Source: Candidatus Saccharimonadota bacterium
Lineage (GTDB): Bacteria; Patescibacteriota; Saccharimonadia; Saccharimonadales; UBA4665
NCBI GenBank assembly: GCA_963716945.1
Contig: OY970322.1
Location: 30,001 to 62,000, forward strand
Direction of reading: 5' to 3'
Length of the DNA stretch: 32,000 nucleotides
Shown here piece by piece: positions 15,655 through 23,897 of the stretch. Positions within the stretch are counted from its first letter, which is position 1, and each line of letters starts with the position of its first letter. Below the pieces are notes generated by a model. That model did no database searches. It was not told the DNA's origin and saw only the letters and a list, made by a program, of their open reading frames with translations. A program made the position numbers and the translations under genes.

Positions 15655-15663
15655 GATATACTG
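15655..15663 (+). promoter_or_regulatory. Extended -10 promoter (TGaTATACT) for pilMNO
   Basis: TGATATACT 38 nt upstream of ATG 15701. The same TCTGATATACTG 12-mer occurs on the minus strand at 21981-21992. Confidence 0.4.
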
Positions 15664-15700
15664 GGGTCAAGACCCTTATGCCTGGGTAGGCTTTAGACGC

Positions 15701-16795
15701 ATGAAAAATCCTAAAATTCCTAACTTTTACCACGAAAAACCGCTTTTCGGCTTGGATATCGGCCATGGTTCGATAAAGGCCATGCAGCTCGAGGAAGCTC
15801 CGGCAGCCGCTAAGGCCAAGAACTACCACCCTAAGGTCATCGGCTACGGCTTTACGACTTTTGATACGGCGGCCCAAGCCGACGGCGTGATCGTCCAGCC
15901 GGAAGTTATCGCCAAGGCCACCTTTGAACTGTTCCGGCACCACTTAATAGGCGATATAACGACCCGGCGGGTGGCTCTGGCGATTCCGGCTTACCGGACC
16001 TTTACCAGGTCGGTGCGCCTGCCTAAGCTCAAGCCCGGCGAATTGGCCGAAGCGGTCAGCCTGGAAGCCGAGCAATACATTTCGATGCCCCTGGAGGAGC
16101 TATACCTGGATTACGACGTCACCCGCCAAACCGCCGAAAATACCGAGCTCTTTTTGGTAGCCGTGCCCAAGACCATAGTCGATTCCTACCTGGAACTAGC
16201 CCAGATACTAGGCCTGGAAACGGTGCTGATTGAACCGACGCTGAGCTCCACGGCCCGGCTTTTCAGCTTGGACGAGCGAACCAATATGTCGACCTTGATC
16301 ATCGATTTCGGCTCGCTGTCTTCGGATATCAGTATCTTCGATAAACACGTTCTGGTCACCGGTACCGTCCAGAGCGGCGGCCACAGCTTCACCAATTCGA
16401 TCAAAAAGACGCTGGGCGTCAGCCTCGAGGAAGCCGCTTCGATCAAGTCGCGTTACGGCTTGGGTGTCAGCAAGAAACAAACCGAAATCAAGCAGGCCCT
16501 GGAGCCCAGCCTGCAGGAAATCGTCAAGGAAATCCGGCGTATGCTGCGCTACTACGAGGAACGCTACGGCGCGGCGCGGCCGGTCGGACAGGTCATAACC
16601 CTGGGCGGCGGTGCCAACATGCCGGGCCTGAGTGATTATCTAACCAATGCCTTGCGTATCGCGGTCAGGCACAGCAACCCCTGGCAATACCTTAACTACA
16701 AGGGCTTCCAGCCGCCGGCCGACGCCGACAAGCCGATGTATGCCACCGTCGCCGGCTTGAGCCTGGCGCACTCCAGGGAGGTCTTTTTGCCATGA
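15701..16795 (+). CDS. pilM: Type IV pilus assembly protein PilM (actin-like ATPase fold)
   Basis: GLDIGHGSIKAMQL N-terminal phosphate-1-like motif and length typical of PilM. First gene of an operon with 4-nt ATGA overlaps. Confidence 0.85.
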   Translation: MKNPKIPNFYHEKPLFGLDIGHGSIKAMQLEEAPAAAKAKNYHPKVIGYGFTTFDTAAQADGVIVQPEVIAKATFELFRHHLIGDITTRRVALAIPAYRTFTRSVRLPKLKPGELAEAVSLEAEQYISMPLEELYLDYDVTRQTAENTELFLVAVPKTIVDSYLELAQILGLETVLIEPTLSSTARLFSLDERTNMSTLIIDFGSLSSDISIFDKHVLVTGTVQSGGHSFTNSIKKTLGVSLEEAASIKSRYGLGVSKKQTEIKQALEPSLQEIVKEIRRMLRYYEERYGAARPVGQVITLGGGANMPGLSDYLTNALRIAVRHSNPWQYLNYKGFQPPADADKPMYATVAGLSLAHSREVFLP

Positions 16796-17391
16796 TTAAT
16801 CTACTGCCGCCGGAGATCAAGAGCGGCTACCGCTATGCCAGACGCAACGTGGTTTTGCGGCGCTGGGCGGTCATTTGTCTGGTCGCGTTAATCGGATTGG
16901 GCGGCTTGGCAACTTATGGCCTGTTGTCGTTGCACCAGTCTACGGTGCGCTACAATAACCAGATCGCCGCTTCGCAGAAGCTGTTCAAGCAAGAGGATTT
17001 CGCCGGTACGCAAGCCCAGGTGAAGAATATCAGCAGCAGCTTCAAGCTGGTCGTCAAGGTCTTAAGCCAGGAGGTATTGTTTTCGGAGCTGCTTAAGCAG
17101 ATTACCGCGGCTATCCCAGCCAACTCTAACTTGACCGGCCTGGATATCAGCCAAACCCAGGGCGCAATCGATATCGTGGCCAACGCCACCGACTATAATA
17201 CCGCCAGCCAGGTTCAGGTTAACCTGGCCGACCCGGCCAATAAGATTTTCAGCAAAGCCGATATAGTTAATATAGCTTGTAATTCCGAAACTGCCGCTAA
17301 TCCGAAGTACCCCTGTACCGTCAACATCCGGGCGCTGTTCGCCACTAATAATCCGTTCCTCTTCATCAACAGCAAGGAAGCGTCGCCATGA
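16792..17391 (+). CDS. pilN: PilN-like pilus alignment protein
   Basis: Starts MINLLPPEI (INLLP signature), followed by a single TM helix and an extracytoplasmic domain. Overlaps the pilM stop. Confidence 0.7.
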   Translation: MINLLPPEIKSGYRYARRNVVLRRWAVICLVALIGLGGLATYGLLSLHQSTVRYNNQIAASQKLFKQEDFAGTQAQVKNISSSFKLVVKVLSQEVLFSELLKQITAAIPANSNLTGLDISQTQGAIDIVANATDYNTASQVQVNLADPANKIFSKADIVNIACNSETAANPKYPCTVNIRALFATNNPFLFINSKEASP

Positions 17392-18077
17392 CCATCAGCC
17401 TGAAGATGAACCCCAGCAAACGGCTTTACTACCTGCTGGTCGGGCTGGTCGGTTTGCTGCTGGTCGGGCTGGTCGTCGGGGCTTACGGCACCAACCAGCT
17501 ATTGACGTCCCGGGCAGTCAAGGTCACCAGCCTCAAAGCCAAGAGCCTGGCCCTGTCGCAGGAACAGCTCAGCCTGGCCAACGCCAAGCAAGAGGTTAAT
17601 AAGTACAGTGGCTTGCTGCAAATAGCCCAGTCGGTCGTACCGGAAGATAAGGACCAGGCCGAAGCCGTCCGGCAAATCGTCAACATCGCGGCCGCCAATA
17701 ATATAAGCGGCGTCAGCCTGCAGCAGATAACGTTCCCGGCCTCGACGCTGGGGGCCGGCGCGGCCGGGACCGCTACCGCGGGAGCGGGAGTAGCCGCAAC
17801 TCCGGCCACTCCCAGCACCAGCAGTGCCAGTTCCAGCGCCGGCAAACTGTCCCAGCTGGTACCGGTCAAAAACATCCCCGGCGTCTACGACCTGCTGATT
17901 ACGGTCCAGAGCGACCCCCAGAAGCCAATCCCCTATAGCTCGTTCGTCAATTTCCTTAGCGGCTTGGAGCATAATCGCCGGACGGCTCAAATCAGTACTA
18001 TCACCCTTCAGCCGAACGTCAACAACCCCGACTTGCTGAGTTTCACGCTAACCCTAAACGAGTACATAAAGCCATGA
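17388..18077 (+). CDS. pilO: PilO-like pilus alignment protein with Ala/Gly/Ser/Thr-rich insert
   Basis: TM helix, coiled-coil segment (LSQEQLSLANAKQEVNKY) and operon position after pilN. Low-complexity GAGAAGTATAGAGVAATPATPSTSSASSSAG insert. Confidence 0.6.
   Translation: MTISLKMNPSKRLYYLLVGLVGLLLVGLVVGAYGTNQLLTSRAVKVTSLKAKSLALSQEQLSLANAKQEVNKYSGLLQIAQSVVPEDKDQAEAVRQIVNIAAANNISGVSLQQITFPASTLGAGAAGTATAGAGVAATPATPSTSSASSSAGKLSQLVPVKNIPGVYDLLITVQSDPQKPIPYSSFVNFLSGLEHNRRTAQISTITLQPNVNNPDLLSFTLTLNEYIKP
17433..17480. repeat. Tandem 24-bp duplication inside the PilO-like TM helix
   Basis: CTGCTGGTCGGGCTGGTCG occurs at 17433-17451 and again at 17457-17475 (19/19 identical, period 24 nt), encoding LLVGLVGL/LLVGLVVG. 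Confidence 0.9.
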
Positions 18078-18385
18078 GTAACAAAGCCAAGTTCAACGCC
18101 CAGGACCTGTCAGAAAAAGCGGCTGCCGTACTGCGGCGCATCAGCCGTTACCGGTTCCTGCTGTTCCTGGCCTTCGTGGCTATAATTTACGGTTTCGTCA
18201 TTTTGCGTATCAATAGCCTGAGCAACGCCCAGCCCACCGACAACGCCATCAACAGCCAGGTCCAAGCCGCCCAGATACCGCACATCGACCAATCGGTCGT
18301 TGACCAGCTGCAATCACTCCAGGACAACAGCGTCAGCGTCAAAAGCCTGTTCAACCAGGCCCGTGCCAACCCCTTCCAGGAATAA
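18074..18385 (+). CDS. Small single-pass membrane protein, fourth gene of the pilMNO operon (function unknown)
   Basis: 103-aa ORF overlapping the pilO stop by 4 nt. TM helix FLLFLAFVAIIYGFVIL followed by a Gln/Ser-rich ectodomain. Confidence 0.65.
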   Translation: MSNKAKFNAQDLSEKAAAVLRRISRYRFLLFLAFVAIIYGFVILRINSLSNAQPTDNAINSQVQAAQIPHIDQSVVDQLQSLQDNSVSVKSLFNQARANPFQE

Positions 18386-18389
18386 ACGA

Positions 18390-19079
18390 TTAATCGGGGC
18401 TGATGCCGCCTTGGTTTTGGCTGGTGATAGTATCGGTGTCGGTCGTCGGTACGGTATAAGAAACCGTGGCCTCTCGGGCAGCAGGCGGTGCCGGGGTTTC
18501 GGCCGGCGGGCGGTGCTGCTGTTCGAAGCGCTCACGGGCGGCCAGGATTTGCTGAGCGTAATAATTCGGGTCGGGGCAATAAATGAAGGTGAACTTGTCG
18601 GTCGCGGCCGCCGTCTCGGCGCTGATGACGCCGAAATGCAGCATCTGTGCCAGCATGCCGTTCTGCTCGGCCGTGATGTCTTCCAGATTGCCCAGCGAAA
18701 GCTGGCTGGTTTGCTTGTCGAACAGGCTGATACGCCTTACCTGCGTAATGCTGTCGCTGGTAACGATCCAGCTGTTGCCCCAGTAAATCGTATGTACGAC
18801 GAAGAGGAAGCCGATGCCCAAGATGGCCGCGATCAAGAAGATCAGTGCCCCGGTCAACCTGACTTGTCCGGCGCTGTAGCTGGTCAACATGTCGGGCGCT
18901 ATCACGAAAGCCGTCACGGCCACGATGACCAGCAACAAACCGACCGCCCCGTACATGCCGATAATGCCGATCGGGTGGCGCTTGATTTCACAGATTACCT
19001 GCTCGCCGGGCCGCATGGTCGCCAACGGATTTTTGACGGCTGTCGGCGCGGCCGGGCCAAGGGACTCCTGCGGATTCAT
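18390..19079 (-). CDS. Membrane protein with bacterial PH (bPH_2/YdbS-YdbT-like) domain
   Basis: GEQVICEIKRHPIGII, then two TM helices, then WIVTSDSITQVRRISLFDKQTSQLSLGNLEDIT, which resembles the bPH_2 pattern. Confidence 0.6.
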   Translation of the reverse strand: MNPQESLGPAAPTAVKNPLATMRPGEQVICEIKRHPIGIIGMYGAVGLLLVIVAVTAFVIAPDMLTSYSAGQVRLTGALIFLIAAILGIGFLFVVHTIYWGNSWIVTSDSITQVRRISLFDKQTSQLSLGNLEDITAEQNGMLAQMLHFGVISAETAAATDKFTFIYCPDPNYYAQQILAARERFEQQHRPPAETPAPPAAREATVSYTVPTTDTDTITSQNQGGISPD

Positions 19080-19085
19080 ATCCGC

Positions 19086-19094
19086 ATTATATCA
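19086..19094 (-). promoter_or_regulatory. Extended -10 consensus TGaTATAAT 6 nt upstream of ATG 19079 (leaderless-type)
   Basis: Minus-strand TGATATAAT-gcggat-ATG with no Shine-Dalgarno. Confidence 0.5.
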
Positions 19095-19114
19095 GGCTTA
19101 CGCTTGTCTCAAAG

Positions 19115-20146
19115 TCAGAGCAAGGCCGACTGTTCGCGGCCGGGACGTTGTTTCTTGCCGACGTGCTTATAGGCTTTGGGCGTTACCTTGCGGCCCCGCG
19201 GCGTGCGTTCCAGCAAGCCGATCTGCATCAGGTAAGGTTCATAGAAATCTTCGATGGTGCTGCGCTCTTCGGCCGTTAGCGCCGCCAGCGTTTCGACGCC
19301 GACCGGGCCGCCGTCGTAATTTTCGATAATGGCGCTCAGCAGCCGCCGGTCGGCCGTGTCGAGGCCCAGTTCATCAATGTCAAGCAGCTCGAGTGCCCGG
19401 TGGCTGATCGGCGTGTCGATAATGCCGTCGCCGTTAACGTCGGCATAGTCGCGGACGCGTTTGAGCAGGCGGTTGGCGACGCGCGGCGTTAGCCTGGAGC
19501 GCCGGGCCAGTTCGGCGGCCGCCGGCTTGCCGATCTTGACGTTCAGGATTTTGGCGGCCCGGGCGATAATCTGTTCTATTTCTTCGGGCGTATAAAATTC
19601 CAACCGGTGGATCATGCCGAAGCGGTCGCGCAGCGGGGCTGCCAAGGCGCCGGTCCGGGTCGTCGCGCCGATAATCGTGAATTTAGGCAAGTCCAGCCGT
19701 AACGACCGCGCCGAAGGCCCTTTGCCCAGCATAATATCCAGCTTGAAATCCTCCATCGCCGAATACAGCACCTCTTCGACCGTCCGGTTCAGCCGGTGGA
19801 TTTCATCGATGAATAGGATGTCGCCGTCCTGCAAATTAGTCAGCAAACTGGCCAAATCGCCGGACCGCTCAATCGCCGGACCGCTGGTGACGCGGATCTG
19901 GGCGCCCATTTCGTGGGCGATGACGCTGGCCATGGTGGTCTTGCCCAGGCCCGGCGGGCCATGCAGCAGGACGTGGTCGAGCGGCTCGCCGCGCTTGGTA
20001 GCGGCATCAATTGCCAGCTTAATATTCTGCTTGAGGCGCTTCTGGCCGATATAGTTGGCGAAGTCGCGCGGCCGCAGCGTAACTTCCAGCTCGACTTCCT
20101 GTTCGTCGGCCGGCTCGTCGGCCGTATTCAAAATTCGATCAATCAT
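19115..20146 (-). CDS. ruvB: Holliday junction branch-migration helicase RuvB
   Basis: AAA+ motifs [12 protein letters not shown] and [10 protein letters not shown], plus a RuvB C-terminal winged helix. Confidence 0.97.
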   Translation of the reverse strand: MIDRILNTADEPADEQEVELEVTLRPRDFANYIGQKRLKQNIKLAIDAATKRGEPLDHVLLHGPPGLGKTTMASVIAHEMGAQIRVTSGPAIERSGDLASLLTNLQDGDILFIDEIHRLNRTVEEVLYSAMEDFKLDIMLGKGPSARSLRLDLPKFTIIGATTRTGALAAPLRDRFGMIHRLEFYTPEEIEQIIARAAKILNVKIGKPAAAELARRSRLTPRVANRLLKRVRDYADVNGDGIIDTPISHRALELLDIDELGLDTADRRLLSAIIENYDGGPVGVETLAALTAEERSTIEDFYEPYLMQIGLLERTPRGRKVTPKAYKHVGKKQRPGREQSALL

Positions 20147-20155
20147 TGTCTGCTA

Positions 20156-20164
20156 ATTATAACA
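20156..20164 (-). promoter_or_regulatory. Extended -10 consensus TGtTATAAT 9 nt upstream of the ruvB ATG
   Basis: Minus-strand TGTTATAAT-tagcagaca-ATG in the 25-nt gap upstream of ruvB. Confidence 0.45.
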
Positions 20165-20171
20165 GCCGGCC

Positions 20172-20354
20172 CTAGCGCGACGGCCGGAAGCCGACGAAAG
20201 ACAGCACCAGGCTGGCGAACGTGTTGATGAAGACCATGCCGACGATCGGCAGCTTCTGGTCGGTCATGTAAATCCCGAGCGTGCCCAGCCAGATGATAGC
20301 GATCGTACCGGCCGTGTAGGGGTGTTTTATATAGAGCGCGATATCTTTAAACAT
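20172..20354 (-). CDS. 60-aa two-TM micro membrane protein, translationally coupled to the ABC1 kinase gene
   Basis: The ATG at 20354 overlaps the kinase stop by 8 nt. Hydrophobic segments AGTIAIIWLGTLGIY and IVGMVFINTFASLVLSFVGF. Confidence 0.55.
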   Translation of the reverse strand: MFKDIALYIKHPYTAGTIAIIWLGTLGIYMTDQKLPIVGMVFINTFASLVLSFVGFRPSR

Positions 20355-21813
20355 AGCCTAGTTTCTCCCTCTTGATTTGGCGGTACAGCTGCGGGTTTTT
20401 CTGGGAAATCTGGTCGAACCAGCCGGCTAGGATCTCCATGGCGGTTTCGGGGTGCAGCGCCGGCTGGCGGTTGCTCAGCGGCACGTCTTTGGTCCGTTCC
20501 AGCGCCAGCGTGTAGGCTTCTTTCATAACGGCGTGCTTCATGCCCAAGGTGTCCAGCATGCCGATGAACAGGTTGGCCGCCCTGATCAGTTCCGGGCCGT
20601 CCAGGTCATATTTCAGGCAAAAACGGTTGTCTTTGTTAACGACCGACGTGAACATTAACGCCACCTTGTTGTTGGCTAACAAACGGCTCGTCTGTTCCGG
20701 CTGGCTGTTCATCAGCTGTATGGCATTTTCGATAAGCTGGTCCATCAGCCGGTGCGAGCCGGTGGCATAATATTCATCCAGGCTGTAGGCGGCCCGGACG
20801 ATATCACCGCCGTACATCTCCATTAGCAGGCGGCTGTAACCGTTGAAATCGGGGTGGCCCCAATAGGTTTTATGGTACTGCTCGACCAGCCGCCGGTAGT
20901 TCAGGGTGTTGCGCGGCGCCGGCGCCTGCAGGCCGAAGTCAATCAGCCCGACCCGGTTACCGGCCATGAACTTAAGGTTGCCGGGGTGCGGGTCGCCATA
21001 AGCCGTGCCGTAAATCAGCGGGCTGGACACCGCCTCGGCGCCAAGCCCGATAAGTTGCTGCTTGAGGTCGGAACCCAGCATCTGCGCGATATACTGTTCC
21101 CCGTCAACGCCGCTCCGGACGGCTTTTATGAGGTCGGTGCCGGGGATACCGTCCACGTAGTCCTGGCAAATAATACGGTCCGTCGACAAGTCCCGGTAAG
21201 TATAAGGCACGTAAAGCGTGGCGTGGTGAAGGTATCGTTCATAAAGTGTGCTGGCGTAGTCGGCTTCCAGGCCGTAATTGGTTTCAAGCAGTGTTACGCG
21301 GGCGAATTCCTTGTACACCCGCTTGCTGTCGATGGCGCTGCCGGATGAGAACCAGCTGATGCAACGGCTGAAAAACCCTAATACCCGCAAGTCGAACTTA
21401 AGGTCGCTGACGACCGTCGGCCGCAGCACTTTCAGGATGACAAGCTTACCCTGGTAATCCGCTAAGTAAACCTGGCCGAAGGAGCCGGCCGCGAAAGGCG
21501 TTTCCGACCGCAAGACGACTTCGGAAGCCCGGCTGCCCAGTTCTTTGGCCAGAACCCGGCGTATATCAAGCGGTTCGACGCCGACTTTGTCGTAAACGTC
21601 GTAAATGTCATATTCCTTGAGGACCCCGAAGAATTCCGACCGCATCACCATCAATTGCAGGAACTTGACATAGACGCCGCCCAGCTGCCGGAAGCTGCTG
21701 TATATGGTTTGTGGCAGCTGGTCTTTTTGGCCGCTGAGAGCCAGGCGGGCGCAGACCCAGCTCAGCTTCGTGATGGCCGTTACCCGCGATAGGCGCCGTT
21801 TGGTGGTTTTCAT
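20347..21813 (-). CDS. ABC1/UbiB/ADCK-family atypical protein kinase-like protein (no TM segment of its own)
   Basis: ABC1-domain motifs: YVKFLQLMVMRSEFF, FAAGSFGQVYLADYQGKLVILKVLRP, FDLRVL...ETNYGLEA, and GDPHPGNLKFMAGNRVGLIDFG. Confidence 0.8.
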   Translation of the reverse strand: MKTTKRRLSRVTAITKLSWVCARLALSGQKDQLPQTIYSSFRQLGGVYVKFLQLMVMRSEFFGVLKEYDIYDVYDKVGVEPLDIRRVLAKELGSRASEVVLRSETPFAAGSFGQVYLADYQGKLVILKVLRPTVVSDLKFDLRVLGFFSRCISWFSSGSAIDSKRVYKEFARVTLLETNYGLEADYASTLYERYLHHATLYVPYTYRDLSTDRIICQDYVDGIPGTDLIKAVRSGVDGEQYIAQMLGSDLKQQLIGLGAEAVSSPLIYGTAYGDPHPGNLKFMAGNRVGLIDFGLQAPAPRNTLNYRRLVEQYHKTYWGHPDFNGYSRLLMEMYGGDIVRAAYSLDEYYATGSHRLMDQLIENAIQLMNSQPEQTSRLLANNKVALMFTSVVNKDNRFCLKYDLDGPELIRAANLFIGMLDTLGMKHAVMKEAYTLALERTKDVPLSNRQPALHPETAMEILAGWFDQISQKNPQLYRQIKREKLGYV

Positions 21814-21974
21814 GTTTTCTTGGAGGTAAACCCGATTATGTACGCGCCCAGCGTGTAAGTCATCATGGAGATATACAACCAGAAACGGTCGCTGGTCTTA
21901 AGTGAGAAATGAGCGATTGAAATGCCGACAATCCAGACTATACAAATGCTTATGAGAATGAAATAGTATCTCAT
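21810..21974 (-). CDS. 54-aa two-TM micro membrane protein (below the ORF-track size cut-off), coupled to the ABC1 kinase gene by an ATGA overlap
   Basis: Hand translation: MRYYFILISICIVWIVGISIAHFSLKTSDRFWLYISMMTYTLGAYIIGFTSKKT*. The TGA overlaps kinase ATG 21813. A leaderless-type -10 box lies 7 nt upstream. Confidence 0.5.
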   Translation of the reverse strand: MRYYFILISICIVWIVGISIAHFSLKTSDRFWLYISMMTYTLGAYIIGFTSKKT

Positions 21975-21981
21975 AATTCTC

Positions 21982-21990
21982 AGTATATCA
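21982..21990 (-). promoter_or_regulatory. Extended -10 TGaTATACT 7 nt upstream of ATG 21974 (leaderless-type)
   Basis: Minus-strand TGATATACT-gagaatt-ATG in the 42-nt gap after the aldo/keto reductase gene. Confidence 0.45.
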
Positions 21991-22016
21991 GATAGCGCCA
22001 GACTGCCGTAATCTGT

Positions 22017-22835
22017 TTATGGAACGTGGACGGGACTCCAGGCGGTACGCATATTACGGTCTTGGCCGGCAATTATTTTCATGTCGTCGCCGTCCAGTTC
22101 AAAGTCGAAGATAGCGATGTTCTCTTCTATGCGGCTGGGCGTGACCGATTTGGGCAAAACGACAAAATCATTCTGGACGCACCAGCGCAGCATTATCTGG
22201 GCGTAGGTTTTGCCGTGCTTCTTGGCGATAGCGGCTATGGCGCCGTTGTCCATGGCCTTGGCGTGAGCCAGCGGCGAGTAGGCTTCAATGACGATATTAC
22301 GCTCGCGGCAATACTTAACAAGTTCAGGTTGCTGGAGAAAAACATGCAGCTCGACCTGATTGACAGCCGGCATGACCTTGGCGTACTTTTCCATCTCTTC
22401 CAGGTGGCGGATCGTGTAATTGCTGACGCCGATCGACTTGGCGCCGCCGGCGGCCTGGATCGCTTCCAACGCCTCCCAGGCTTTCTTGCGCAAAAGCGTG
22501 ACCGGGAAGTGCAGCAGCAACAAGTCGACGTAATCGGTCCGTAGTTTTCGCAGCGATTCTTCGAAGCTTTTGGGGGTGCACTTGTGGCCGAAGTTCTCGA
22601 TCCAGATTTTGGTTGTCAGGAACAGCTCTTCCCGCTTCAGTCCGGCCGCCTGCCACTGTTCGCCGAGCATCTGCTCGTTTTGGTAAGCCTGGGCCGAATC
22701 GAAATGCCGGTAGCCGGCCGCGGCGGCGGCTTGGAAGCCGGTAGCGAACTGCTCCTCGTCTTTGACCTGCCACAGGCCTAAGCCGATTTGGGGGATGGTG
22801 TTCTTGTCGTTTAGTTTGATACCGGGGATTGTCAC
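22017..22835 (-). CDS. Aldo/keto reductase (DkgA/YvgN-like)
   Basis: LGLGLWQV, GYRHFDSAQAYQNE and LLLHFP motifs of the AKR superfamily. The start overlaps the ruvA stop by 4 nt. Confidence 0.88.
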   Translation of the reverse strand: MTIPGIKLNDKNTIPQIGLGLWQVKDEEQFATGFQAAAAAGYRHFDSAQAYQNEQMLGEQWQAAGLKREELFLTTKIWIENFGHKCTPKSFEESLRKLRTDYVDLLLLHFPVTLLRKKAWEALEAIQAAGGAKSIGVSNYTIRHLEEMEKYAKVMPAVNQVELHVFLQQPELVKYCRERNIVIEAYSPLAHAKAMDNGAIAAIAKKHGKTYAQIMLRWCVQNDFVVLPKSVTPSRIEENIAIFDFELDGDDMKIIAGQDRNMRTAWSPVHVP

Positions 22836-23422
22836 TTCGGAACGACCTTCAAGGCCAGCTTGATCCGTTCGGCTGTCGGCAGGTCCGTATCAATATCGTT
22901 AAGCGCCTTGGCGGCGTCAGCCGCCGTGTAGCCTAGAGCCACCAGAGCCTCGACGGCCTCGTCCTGCAACAAGCTGCCCTCGCCCTGGAGCATGCCGGTA
23001 GTCGCCAGATCGACGCCGACAAGACCGACCTTATCTTTCAGGTCGACCACCAGGCGTTCGGCCAGGCGCTTGCCGACACCCGAGGCCTGCTGGATGAACT
23101 TGGTGTTGGCCGTGGCGATGGCCGTCCGGACATCGGCCGCCGAACCAATACTTAACATGTTAAGGGCCATTTTAGGGCCAACGCCGTTAACCGTCAGCAA
23201 TTGCTCAAATAAGGCCTGCGTATCGCGTGTCAGAAAACCAAACAGGTCATGCGCCTGTTCGCGGACATATTCATAAACGTAGACTTTTGCGGCCTCGCCG
23301 GTGACCAGCCGGCCTTGGTCTTCCGCCGTGACATACAAACCATAACCCACGCCCTGCACCTCCAGCACGACTTCGCCGTCCAGCTTCTCGCTCACCACCC
23401 CGCTCAGCGTCGCAATCATCAC
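22832..23422 (-). CDS. ruvA: Holliday junction DNA-binding protein RuvA
   Basis: MIATLSGVV...VLEVQGVGYGLYV OB domain, HhH motifs (VNGVGPKMAL, ASGVGKRLAERL), and C-terminal domain III. Confidence 0.95.
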   Translation of the reverse strand: MMIATLSGVVSEKLDGEVVLEVQGVGYGLYVTAEDQGRLVTGEAAKVYVYEYVREQAHDLFGFLTRDTQALFEQLLTVNGVGPKMALNMLSIGSAADVRTAIATANTKFIQQASGVGKRLAERLVVDLKDKVGLVGVDLATTGMLQGEGSLLQDEAVEALVALGYTAADAAKALNDIDTDLPTAERIKLALKVVPK

Positions 23423-23426
23423 CCCA

Positions 23427-23897
23427 TTATCGCATAGTCATGCTGTGCGTGATAGCCGCGGCCAGGGCATCGGCGCAGTCGTCGGGTTTCGGTATTTCCT
23501 TGAGCTGCAAGATAACGCGGACCATTTCCTGGATTTGTTTTTTCTCGGCCCGGCCGTAACCGGTGAGCGACTGCTTGATCTGCAGCGGCGTGTATTCGTA
23601 TATGGAGAGGCCGGCCTGCTTGCCGGCCAGCAATACTACTCCCCTGGCCTGCGAAACCGTCATCGCCGTAGTCACGTTCTGGGCAAAGAATAGTTTTTCA
23701 ACCGCCATTTCGGCCGGCTTGGTTTCGGCGATAATGGCGGTTATTTCTTCGAAGATAGTTTGCAGGCGCACGGCATCATCTTCCTTGGCCGGCGTCCTGA
23801 TGACACCGCCGTCGACCAGCGACGGCTTGCCCTTGATAACGTCAATCACCCCGAAGCCCAGAATGCCGGTACCGGGGTCAATGCCCAAGATTCTCAT
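23427..23897 (-). CDS. ruvC: Crossover junction endodeoxyribonuclease RuvC
   Basis: MRILGIDPGTGILGFGVI..., C-terminal PDDCADALAAAITH. Start taken at ATG 23897. The Arg/Pro-rich ORF-track extension to 24113 lies inside the NUDIX gene. Confidence 0.93.
   Translation of the reverse strand: MRILGIDPGTGILGFGVIDVIKGKPSLVDGGVIRTPAKEDDAVRLQTIFEEITAIIAETKPAEMAVEKLFFAQNVTTAMTVSQARGVVLLAGKQAGLSIYEYTPLQIKQSLTGYGRAEKKQIQEMVRVILQLKEIPKPDDCADALAAAITHSMTMR

Noticed and set aside
18300-19172. 290-aa plus-strand ORF overlapping the bPH gene and the ruvB 3' end
   Set aside because: Arg/Gly-rich with no motif. It spans two well-supported minus-strand genes and their intergenic promoter.
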